From NCBI GenBank assembly GCA_028710695.1, contig JAQTTP010000005.1:1-32000 (forward strand): DNA of 32,000 bases, read 5' to 3'. Below are positions 16,280-24,770 of the stretch, piece by piece. Origin of the DNA: Candidatus Iainarchaeum sp. (GTDB lineage: Archaea > Iainarchaeota > Iainarchaeia > Iainarchaeales > 0-14-0-20-30-16). The position numbers and the translations under genes are program-made. The notes below the pieces were generated by a model. That model made no database searches, had not been told where the DNA came from, and worked only from the letters and a program-made list of their open reading frames with translations. Every line of letters begins with the position of its first letter. The stretch's first letter is position 1.

Positions 16280-17599
16280 GTGAAAATCCTATTAATTTAT
16301 GCAAAATCAAGTTTAGAAATCTCAGACCATACACAAGCCCCGCTTGGGATTTGTTATCTTGCGTCTTATATCAGACAAAAATCTAAGCATATTGTTGAAC
16401 TATTAGATGACACTATTGAAAGCAAAACCCTTGACAAAGTAGTAAAAGAATTTAAACCAGAACTTATTGGAATTTCATTTAGTGCTCTCTCTGCAAAAAG
16501 AGCATATAATATTGCAAAAAAGTTTAAAGGTAGGGCCATTTTTGTTGCTGGAGGACCATATGCTACCTTTTGCCCAGAAGAAGTTTTGAACAAAGGCTTT
16601 GATTTTGTTGTTTATGGGGAAGGTGAAAAAACTTTTTTACAATTAGTAAATAAATTAGAAGATAAAAAATCTTTGAAAAATCAAAAAGGAATAGTTTACA
16701 AAAAAGGGGGAAAAATCATTAAAAACATTCCGCAGCCACTAATCAAAAATTTGGATTCTCTTCCAACTCCTGCAAGAGACTTATTAAAAAAGAACAAGTA
16801 TATGCAAGGAGCAATAATGACATCTAGGGGTTGCCCATTTAACTGCTTATTTTGTAATTCAAGGAAATTTTGGCAGCAAACATATCGTTCAATGTCTGTC
16901 TCAAAAATATATAAGGAGTTAGAAGAACTAGTAAATAAATACAAATATAAACACATTTTTTTCAATGATGACACATTTACAATAAATCAAAATAAAGTAA
17001 TTGGGCTTTGCAAATTAATAATTAAGAAAAATTTGAAATTTACTTGGGCTGCATTGTCACGTGCAGATACTCTTTCTGAGGAAAGAATTAGTTGGATGAA
17101 AAAGGCTGGATGTAATCTGATTTTTATAGGAGTAGAATCTGGCTCAGAAAAAATCTTAAAAACAATAAATAAAAATATAAGTCTAGAACAAATAAAATAC
17201 GCGGTTCAGCTCTGTAAAAAACACAACATTACCTGCAGAACATCTTTTATTCTTGGGTTACCAGGAGATTACTCAGAACAACTGAAATCTCTAGATTTAA
17301 TGGAAGAAATTACTCCAGATAGTATAAACATCCATCTTCTTGCAATCTTTCCAGGATCTGAAATTTATGAAAATATGGGTAAATATGGCATAACATTTAA
17401 AAAATTAAAAAATTGGCAAGATTATTGTGCTTATTATTCCCTAAAATTATTCAAAATAATTAATTTCAATTACTTATCAAAAAAACAGGCAATAACTTTA
17501 TGTAAAATTTTTATAAAAAGACTTAAAAAAATTGGATATACTCATAGAGGAATGGATAGTTACAAAAAAGGCAGGACAATAAAAACATTTTTAGATTAG
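16280..17599 (+). CDS. B12-binding-type radical SAM protein
   Basis: N-terminal ILLIYAKSS...QAPLGICYLASYIRQ with VVYGEGEKTF; radical SAM RGCPFNCLFCNSRKFW; GVESGSEKILKTINK and SFILGLPGD. GTG start. Confidence 0.85.
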   Translation: MKILLIYAKSSLEISDHTQAPLGICYLASYIRQKSKHIVELLDDTIESKTLDKVVKEFKPELIGISFSALSAKRAYNIAKKFKGRAIFVAGGPYATFCPEEVLNKGFDFVVYGEGEKTFLQLVNKLEDKKSLKNQKGIVYKKGGKIIKNIPQPLIKNLDSLPTPARDLLKKNKYMQGAIMTSRGCPFNCLFCNSRKFWQQTYRSMSVSKIYKELEELVNKYKYKHIFFNDDTFTINQNKVIGLCKLIIKKNLKFTWAALSRADTLSEERISWMKKAGCNLIFIGVESGSEKILKTINKNISLEQIKYAVQLCKKHNITCRTSFILGLPGDYSEQLKSLDLMEEITPDSINIHLLAIFPGSEIYENMGKYGITFKKLKNWQDYCAYYSLKLFKIINFNYLSKKQAITLCKIFIKRLKKIGYTHRGMDSYKKGRTIKTFLD

Positions 17600-17601
17600 A
17601 A

Positions 17602-18159
17602 TTATTGCTTACTTTTTCTAGTAATCTGCAAGATATACAATCTTTCAAAGAAGAAACTATCTTTGCCAATTATTTCGCTACTAAAGCCTGCTTTTGAGAG
17701 CTTCTTCTCTGTGGCTTCTAAGTCATTGTAATCTGCATGAAGCAAAAGAACAACCCCATCCTGCTTCAAGAACTTCTTAAATCCCTTCAAGAAAATGTCA
17801 ATGAAATGCCTCCCTTTCTCCAAACCATCTACAGTGATATCCTTGATATCATCAGAAGGAAGATAAGGTGGATTAAAGAATATAAGATCAAAATCTTTCT
17901 CTTGTAGGGAACTAAACATGTCACTCTGAATAAAAATTATATCAAGCCTTTTTTTCTTGGCTTCTTTCTTTGAAACCTCGAGAGCAGCAGGGTCAACATC
18001 TAAAGCAAACACTTTTGCTCCTTTCTCAGCACAGAAGAAAGAGTTATAGCAATTCCCACATCCAACTTCAAGGACTTTTTTTCCTACTAGCCCGAACTCA
18101 GAATCATAGAAATGAAGAGCCTTGTTCATCAGAAAGGTATCTTCACGGGGAGAGTACAT
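17602..18159 (-). CDS. HemK/Mtq2-like protein methyltransferase (release-factor glutamine MTase family)
   Basis: MYSPREDTFLMNKAL..., KVLEVGCGNC, FFNPPYLP (NPPY motif), short single-domain protein like the archaeal/eukaryal N6AMT1/Mtq2 group. Confidence 0.8.
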   Translation of the reverse strand: MYSPREDTFLMNKALHFYDSEFGLVGKKVLEVGCGNCYNSFFCAEKGAKVFALDVDPAALEVSKKEAKKKRLDIIFIQSDMFSSLQEKDFDLIFFNPPYLPSDDIKDITVDGLEKGRHFIDIFLKGFKKFLKQDGVVLLLHADYNDLEATEKKLSKAGFSSEIIGKDSFFFERLYILQITRKSKQ

Positions 18160-18177
18160 AGATTATCACAAAAAAAA

Positions 18178-18540
18178 TTATTGATCGGCTACAAGTTTTT
18201 TCCTTAAAAGGATTTGCCTTATTGCTCGCAAGGTTATTTGTCTGGTTGTAAGATCATATTTTGGAGGTACTTCCACACCACGCCTAATATCATTAAATTC
18301 AGATTCTATGGCCTCCAACTGTTCTTGAAGCTTTACCATTATTTTCCGATCAGGCCTACTCTTTGCTCTTAAAGCCAGATCCAAAACTGATTTCAATCTC
18401 CTTATCTCCGCCAAACCATTTGATGAATTAATATATCTATGTACTGCCACATCCCGGGGGGCAATTAATGGCCTTTCTTTTTGAAATTCTGGTCTTTTAA
18501 ATTCAAGTTTTTCTATCCTTCTAGGTTCTACAGCCACCAT
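18178..18540 (-). CDS. Hypothetical small basic/helical protein
   Basis: 120 aa, MVAVEPRRIEKLEFKRPEF...; start preceded by AAGGTGAG; stop 18 nt before the methyltransferase start. Confidence 0.65.
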   Translation of the reverse strand: MVAVEPRRIEKLEFKRPEFQKERPLIAPRDVAVHRYINSSNGLAEIRRLKSVLDLALRAKSRPDRKIMVKLQEQLEAIESEFNDIRRGVEVPPKYDLTTRQITLRAIRQILLRKKLVADQ

Positions 18541-18546
18541 CTCACC

Positions 18547-18978
18547 TTATTTTTTTCCCTTGTTTATTGGTATTGGGACTCCTGAGTAATCTACTGTTAG
18601 ATTCCCAACCTTTAGAATCTTTCTCAAAAGGTAAACTTTCATATACTCTTTAAGCTTATCCTTGGTTTTATTGTCCGCTGTTGCAGGGATCAAAGAGTTA
18701 ATGAGTTTAGAAGCATTTACTCCAGTTATTTCTTTCAAAACAAGAGCAAAGTCTTCCTCTTTCTTAAGCTTTCCAGAAACAAGGCTTGTGGAGAATTCAT
18801 CCAATTTCTTAATATCTACAATTTTCCCTAAATATTCGAATAATTTACTATCAAAGCTAAGTGAAATTGATGCTAAAAAATCAGCCACATCTATTGGTGG
18901 AACATTATCATCTATTTTTAACTTCTTAACCGCTTGCCAACCTTTACAGTTAGCTATGAATTGTACTTGTTCTTCCAT
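18547..18978 (-). CDS. Hypothetical helical protein
   Basis: 143 aa; SD AAGGAGTGAT 5 nt before ATG and TATA-like TTTATAAA upstream (about 19011-19018). Confidence 0.65.
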   Translation of the reverse strand: MEEQVQFIANCKGWQAVKKLKIDDNVPPIDVADFLASISLSFDSKLFEYLGKIVDIKKLDEFSTSLVSGKLKKEEDFALVLKEITGVNASKLINSLIPATADNKTKDKLKEYMKVYLLRKILKVGNLTVDYSGVPIPINKGKK

Positions 18979-19078
18979 GTTTTATCACTCCTTAATCGCA
19001 ATCACAAGATTTATAAAAGAATCAACTCAATAATAACTATATAATTTCTACTTATATATATGTTTTGGTGTGATAATA

Positions 19079-21928
19079 ATGGGAATAGGGCATGTTGATT
19101 TGGAAAATAAAATATCCCAATTTTGGGAAAAGAACAAAACCTTTGAAAAATCTGTTGAAAAAAGGCCAAAAGACAAAGAATACATCTTTTATGACGGCCC
19201 ACCTTTTGCAACAGGAGTTCCTCACTATGGTCACATCTTAGGTTTAACAAGCAAAGATCTATTTCCAAGATACTGGACTATGAAAGGATTCCGAGTAGAA
19301 AGAAAATGGGGTTGGGACTGTCACGGCCTACCAATAGAAAACATCGCAGAGAAAGAGCTTGGAATAAAGAACAAAAAGCAGATTGAAGAAATGGGAATAG
19401 ATAAATTCAATGAATTCTGTAGATCCAAGGTTCTATACTTTGTAAACGAGTGGGGAAAGACAGTAAAAAGAATGGGAAAATGGATTGAATTTGATAACTC
19501 CTACAAAACAATGGACTCTAGTTATATGGAAACTGTATGGTGGATATTCAAGACTTTGCACGACAGGGGTTATGTATACGAAGGCAAGAAAGTTCTAATG
19601 TACTGCCCAAGATGCCAGACACCAATAGCAAACGCAGAAATTGATATGGATAATTCTTATAAGGACATCACAGAAAAGACAATCACTGCAAAATTCAAAT
19701 TAAAAGATGAGAAAGACACTTACTTCTTGGCATGGACAACAACACCATGGACTTTAATTGGAAATGCAGCACTAGCAGTAAATGAGAATCTAACTTATGT
19801 TAAAGTAGAGTCCGGAAGCGAAAAATACATTCTTGTAAAAGAAAGACTAAAAGAAGTTTTCAAAAGCAAGCCTTACAAAGTTTTAGAAGAATTCAAAGGC
19901 TCAAAAATAGTTGGAAAGGATTATCTTCCGCTTTACAAATTAGAAACAAAAAACAAAGGCTATTATGTAATTGCGGGTGGAAACGAAGTTACATCAGAAG
20001 ATGGAACCGGAATAGTTCACATGGCAACATATGGTGAATTCGATTATGAAATGATTAAAAAATACAAGCTTCCAATATTCCAACACATTGGAAACAACGG
20101 AACTTTGGTAGAGGGGCCAAAAGAATGGCTTGGAATGTGGTTCAAAGAGGTAGATAAAAGAGTTCTAGAAGATTTAGAAAATAAAGGAATAACTTTCAGC
20201 ACAGAGGACTATGCGCACTCATACCCTTTCTGCTACAGATGTAACACACCTCTAATCTACAACGCAGTAGCATCTTGGTTTATAGATATTACAAAAATAA
20301 AAAAAGAAATTCTAAAAAGAGGAAAAGAAATCAAATGGCACCCAGCATCAAAAATGGAAAAGAGATTCTTAAACATAGTTGAAACAGCACCAGATTGGTG
20401 TATTGCAAGAAACAGATATTGGGCAACAGCAATTCCCGTTTGGAAATGTAGCTGTGGAAACCAAAAGATAATTGGAAGCATAGAAGAACTAAGTAAATCA
20501 GCAATAGAAAAAGTTCCAAAAGATCTAGACTTACACAAGCACATTGTTGACAACATCCACCTAAAATGTGAAAAGTGTGGAAAGAAAATGGAAAGAATTC
20601 CAGAAGTTCTAGACTGTTGGATGGAATCTGGGGCTATGCCTTATGCTTCAAAGCATTATCCTTTTGAAAACAAAGAAAAGTTTGATTCTATATTCCCCGC
20701 AGACTTTGTTTCAGAATATGTTGCACAAGTAAGAACCTGGTTCTACTACATGCACGTTCTTGGTGTTTTACTATTTGATCACGCACCATTCCAGCACGTA
20801 GTTGTTACTGGAAACATATTAGCAGCAGATGGCCAGAAGATGTCAAAATCAAAGAACAACTTCCCAGATCCAAGCTTAATGTTTGACAAGTTCGGAGCAG
20901 ATTCTTTAAGATTTTATTTGATGTCAAACCCAGTTATGAACGGAGAAGACATTAACTTTAATGAAGAAGTTTTGAAAGATGTAAACAGGAAAGTCTATGG
21001 ACTTCTATCCAACATAAAATCATTCTACGAACTATTCAACGACGGAAAAGGAGAGCTAGATAATACAAAATCAAAGAACTTACTTGATATCTGGCTAATA
21101 AGCAAGACTAATAACCTAATTAAAGATGTCACAAGTAGTCTAGACAATTACGACACAGTAAACACTTGTGCAAAAATATTAGATTACATTGTTGAATTAT
21201 CTACATGGTATGTAAGAAGAAGCAGAGATAGATTCAAAGGCAAGGATGCAAAAGACAAACAAGCAGCGATTAATACTTTGGGCTATGCACTAAGAAACCT
21301 TTCATTAATAATTGCACCAATAACTCCATTCATTGCTGAAGATGTACACCAAGCATTAATGAAAGGGCATAAAGAATTAGAAGAATCTGTGCATCTTGAG
21401 TTATGGCCAAAAGCAAACTCAAAAGCAATAAATACAGAAGTTATGAAAAACATGGATTTAACTAGAGATCTAGTAACAAAAGCATTGAGCGAAAGAGAAA
21501 CAGCAAAGATTCCAATAAAGCAGCCACTATCAACACTGACAATCTTTGGAGCAGATCTTGATAAAGAGTATTTAGAATTAATAAAAGACGAACTAAATAT
21601 TAAAGAAATAAAACTAAAAGCAGGAAAAGAAGTGAAAATGGAATTAGACATAAAAATAACTCCTGAACTTCTACAAGAAAGGATTTCAAGAGAGTTAATA
21701 AGAAACGTAAATGAACTAAGAAAACAAGAGAACTTAACTCTAAAAGACAGAATCGAGCTTTGTATAGACACCGAATCAGATCTAATAAAAAAGAGCGCAG
21801 AGAGATTTAAGCAAAGCATTATGGATTCTGTTCAAGCAGACAAGCTAGAGTTCAAAAAAAGCGAGAAAGCAAAAGAGTTCATAATCGATAAAGAGGCAGT
21901 AAATATTGGTTTTAAAGTAAAAAGATGA
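19079..21928 (+). CDS. ileS: Isoleucyl-tRNA synthetase
   Basis: YIFYDGPPFATGVPHYGHIL, WGWDCHGLPIE, PVWKCSCGNQ...CEKCGKKMERIPEVLDCWMESGAMPYA, and KMSKSKNNF. ATG at 19079 preceded by GTGATAAT; the track uses GTG at 19070. Confidence 0.95.
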   Translation: MGIGHVDLENKISQFWEKNKTFEKSVEKRPKDKEYIFYDGPPFATGVPHYGHILGLTSKDLFPRYWTMKGFRVERKWGWDCHGLPIENIAEKELGIKNKKQIEEMGIDKFNEFCRSKVLYFVNEWGKTVKRMGKWIEFDNSYKTMDSSYMETVWWIFKTLHDRGYVYEGKKVLMYCPRCQTPIANAEIDMDNSYKDITEKTITAKFKLKDEKDTYFLAWTTTPWTLIGNAALAVNENLTYVKVESGSEKYILVKERLKEVFKSKPYKVLEEFKGSKIVGKDYLPLYKLETKNKGYYVIAGGNEVTSEDGTGIVHMATYGEFDYEMIKKYKLPIFQHIGNNGTLVEGPKEWLGMWFKEVDKRVLEDLENKGITFSTEDYAHSYPFCYRCNTPLIYNAVASWFIDITKIKKEILKRGKEIKWHPASKMEKRFLNIVETAPDWCIARNRYWATAIPVWKCSCGNQKIIGSIEELSKSAIEKVPKDLDLHKHIVDNIHLKCEKCGKKMERIPEVLDCWMESGAMPYASKHYPFENKEKFDSIFPADFVSEYVAQVRTWFYYMHVLGVLLFDHAPFQHVVVTGNILAADGQKMSKSKNNFPDPSLMFDKFGADSLRFYLMSNPVMNGEDINFNEEVLKDVNRKVYGLLSNIKSFYELFNDGKGELDNTKSKNLLDIWLISKTNNLIKDVTSSLDNYDTVNTCAKILDYIVELSTWYVRRSRDRFKGKDAKDKQAAINTLGYALRNLSLIIAPITPFIAEDVHQALMKGHKELEESVHLELWPKANSKAINTEVMKNMDLTRDLVTKALSERETAKIPIKQPLSTLTIFGADLDKEYLELIKDELNIKEIKLKAGKEVKMELDIKITPELLQERISRELIRNVNELRKQENLTLKDRIELCIDTESDLIKKSAERFKQSIMDSVQADKLEFKKSEKAKEFIIDKEAVNIGFKVKR

Positions 21929-21932
21929 TTCT

Positions 21933-22871
21933 ATGGTTGAATATATCAAGGATGTTATTTGGAAGAACGGCCAGAAAGTAAGCGACTTTTTAGAGCAGAT
22001 GAAAGCCAATGGATATCAAAGCATAGAGCTCTATAAAGCAGCAGAAATAATCTACAAGATGAAAAAAGAGAAAGCAAAGATCTTTCTAACATTTACATCT
22101 AACTTAGGAACATCAGGATTAAGAGGGCTTTTTGCACAGCTAATAAAGCTTGGACTTGCAGACATAATTGTTACAACTGCTGGGGCTTTAGAAGAAGATA
22201 TTATGAAATCAATAGGAGAAAAATTCTTAATAACTAGATTTAATGCAGATGATATTGCATTACACGAAAAAGGCCATAACAGAGTAGGAAATATTGCAAT
22301 AACTACAGACACCTACCAAAAATTTGAAGGCTTTATAATTCCAATTTTAGAAAAAATAGCAAAAGAAAAAAAATCTTTAACAACTTCTGAATTAATTTAT
22401 GAAATTGGCAAAAACCTAAAAGATAATAATTCTTTTATAAGACAGGCATATCTAAAGAAAGTTCCAATACACTGCCCATCAATTATTGATGGCTCAATTG
22501 GATTCCAATTATATTTCGTGAAACAAAAGCATCCAGAATTTAACATAGATATTATTAGCGATTTCAAAGAAACAATGTTTTATACAACCCAGGACGACAG
22601 AAAAGGAGTAATTGCTTTAGGTGGAGGAGTTTCAAAGCACTTTGCAATTCTATCCTCCCTTATAAGTGGTGGAATGGACTATGCAGTATATATCACCACT
22701 GCAAATGCAACTTCCGGCAGTGCATCAGGAGCAACAACAAGCGAGGCAAAGAGTTGGGGAAAAATAAAAGATGATGCAGACTCAGTTACAGTAAAGGGGG
22801 ATGCAACTGTTCTATTTCCACTTGTTATGTTCTCAGTTTTAGACAGACTTAAAAAAGAAGGGGAAATATAA
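21933..22871 (+). CDS. dys: Deoxyhypusine synthase
   Basis: FLTFTSNLGTSGLRG, TTAGALEEDIMK, HEKGHNRVGN, SIGFQLY, ALGGGVSKHF, and the catalytic Lys motif SEAKSWGKI. Confidence 0.92.
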   Translation: MVEYIKDVIWKNGQKVSDFLEQMKANGYQSIELYKAAEIIYKMKKEKAKIFLTFTSNLGTSGLRGLFAQLIKLGLADIIVTTAGALEEDIMKSIGEKFLITRFNADDIALHEKGHNRVGNIAITTDTYQKFEGFIIPILEKIAKEKKSLTTSELIYEIGKNLKDNNSFIRQAYLKKVPIHCPSIIDGSIGFQLYFVKQKHPEFNIDIISDFKETMFYTTQDDRKGVIALGGGVSKHFAILSSLISGGMDYAVYITTANATSGSASGATTSEAKSWGKIKDDADSVTVKGDATVLFPLVMFSVLDRLKKEGEI

Positions 22872-23887
22872 TGGCTTATTTTGAATTAAGCAAAAAGGTT
22901 CTAAAAGAATATTATAAAAAGCTTGAGCCTATTGCAGACATTATTGCTTATAATTTAAAATCAAATGAAGTTGTGGGCAAAGTTCTAGAAGCAGAGACAG
23001 GCTGCCAATTTACAATCAGCTCTATAAACTCAATAAATACAATAAAAGACAAAAAAAGAATAATTTATATTCTGCAAGGTGAAGAAAAAAAAGAAGTTGA
23101 AAAGATCTTCAACTCAGGAATCCACTCTTTTATTGTAGATAACCCAAATGACTTGAAAAATGTTGTAACTCTAAACAAAAAAGTAACTTTATTTTTAAGA
23201 ATGAAATTCAAAGAACACACAGTTTATACTGGAAAATATTTTGTGTACGGCTTCAGCTGGCAAGATACAAACAAGTTAATCAAAGAGCTTTCAAAGAACA
23301 AAAACATTGAGCTTGGGATTCACTTCCACAGAAAAACACAGAATATTGGAGAATGGAATTTAGCAGAAGAGTTCTTTGAAGCAATCGAGGAAGAAAACTT
23401 CAAGCACATAAAAATAATAAACATCGGTGGCGGAATCCCAATTGAATATGTAAATTCAATGCCAGACACAAAAGCAATTATGGCAAGCATAAAAGATTTT
23501 AAGACAAAGTTAAACAAACTTGGAGTAAAGCTTATGGTAGAGCCAGGAAGGTTTTTAGCAGCCCCCGGCATAAGACTTCATTCAAAAATAAAAAACATTT
23601 ACGACAACAACATAATTCTTGACTGTTCAATTTACAATGCCTATTTTGATACTTACCTATTCCACATGCGTTTGATGGTATTAGATGAAAACAAAGGCAA
23701 AGAAAAATATCTTCTAAAAGGAATGTCTCCTGACTCTTTAGATATATTCAGATATTCCATAATGCTTCCAAAAAAGAAAATAGGAGATTACATTACATTC
23801 CTAAATGCGGGAGCATATAATTTTTATTCAGAATTCAACAATATGGACAAAATTGAAACAAAAATAGTAAATGATTTCAAGAAGTGA
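22871..23887 (+). CDS. Fold-III (alanine-racemase-like) PLP decarboxylase homologue
   Basis: AYNLKSN (PLP-Lys equivalent of YAVKCN), IINIGGGIP, MVEPGRFLAAPG, FLNAGAYNFYSEFN. Substrate unknown. Confidence 0.8.
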   Translation: MAYFELSKKVLKEYYKKLEPIADIIAYNLKSNEVVGKVLEAETGCQFTISSINSINTIKDKKRIIYILQGEEKKEVEKIFNSGIHSFIVDNPNDLKNVVTLNKKVTLFLRMKFKEHTVYTGKYFVYGFSWQDTNKLIKELSKNKNIELGIHFHRKTQNIGEWNLAEEFFEAIEEENFKHIKIINIGGGIPIEYVNSMPDTKAIMASIKDFKTKLNKLGVKLMVEPGRFLAAPGIRLHSKIKNIYDNNIILDCSIYNAYFDTYLFHMRLMVLDENKGKEKYLLKGMSPDSLDIFRYSIMLPKKKIGDYITFLNAGAYNFYSEFNNMDKIETKIVNDFKK

Positions 23888-23892
23888 TTCCT

Positions 23893-24723
23893 ATGTCTAG
23901 CGATTCCATGCTTTATCTAAAGAAACAAAACTTGATCCCATACACAAACAAGAATGCAAAAATTGGAATACTGGGAATACCTTTTGATTCAACATCAATA
24001 GAAGTTCCGGGCCAGAGATTTGGGCCAAGGGACATAAGAGAGCAATTTTCAAAACTTTACGGCTATGACTTTGAAACAAAGCAAAACATATATGAAAAAA
24101 TTGATGATTTAGGAGACATTGACGCTGTGCACGGAAGCTTTGAACTTACAGCAGAAAGAATAAAAGACACGATCGATCATCTAGATAAGAAGCCAATATT
24201 CTTAGGCGGAGAACATTCAATAACCCACGCAATAGTAAAATGCCTAAAGCCCGACGTTTTAGTCATATTTGATGCTCACGCAGATCTTTTTGATACTTAT
24301 CAAGGAGAAAAATATTCACATATTTCTTATTTACACAAAATTATGTCTGAAAAATTAGTAAAAAAAGCATATGTGTTCGGCTGCAGAGCATACACACAAG
24401 AAGAATTGGAGTTTGCAAAGAAATTCAAAGTGGTTTTAGTAAACCCAAAAGATGTAAAAAAAGAAGTTAAGAAAATAAAGAAACAGAACATCTACCTTTC
24501 TGTTGATCTAGATGTTTTAGAATTCAATCTTGCAATGGGCACAGGTACTCCAGAATTCGGTGGCTTATCATTAAACGATCTTTTGAGCCACATAAAAACA
24601 GTATTATCTAATAACAAAGTAGTTGGGGCAGACATAGTAGAACTTAACCCACTAATAGATTCTCAAAAGACAACCACTTTCTGTGCTGCCCAGATTTTGA
24701 AAGAAATAATACTACACATGTAG
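23893..24723 (+). CDS. Agmatinase/arginase-family ureohydrolase
   Basis: GGEHS, DAHADLFD, SVDLDVLEFN and GTGTPEFGG motifs supply the expected metal ligands. ATG at 23893 preceded by GTGATTCCT; the track starts at GTG 23884. Confidence 0.85.
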   Translation: MSSDSMLYLKKQNLIPYTNKNAKIGILGIPFDSTSIEVPGQRFGPRDIREQFSKLYGYDFETKQNIYEKIDDLGDIDAVHGSFELTAERIKDTIDHLDKKPIFLGGEHSITHAIVKCLKPDVLVIFDAHADLFDTYQGEKYSHISYLHKIMSEKLVKKAYVFGCRAYTQEELEFAKKFKVVLVNPKDVKKEVKKIKKQNIYLSVDLDVLEFNLAMGTGTPEFGGLSLNDLLSHIKTVLSNNKVVGADIVELNPLIDSQKTTTFCAAQILKEIILHM

Positions 24724-24770
24724 AGCAAGATCGGCTTTAGTTAGGTTAGGCCTGGTTTTTGCACCTACTT

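Noticed and set aside
21283-21819. 178-aa - strand ORF antisense to ileS
   Set aside because: Lies entirely within a confident IleRS reading frame; composition is typical of antisense noise. Same for 20257..20556 and 20331..20519.
24724-24770. Direct-repeat look (TTAGTTAGGTTAGG) between convergent ureohydrolase and MFS genes
   Set aside because: Too short and imperfect to claim structure beyond chance in a 47-nt convergent spacer.
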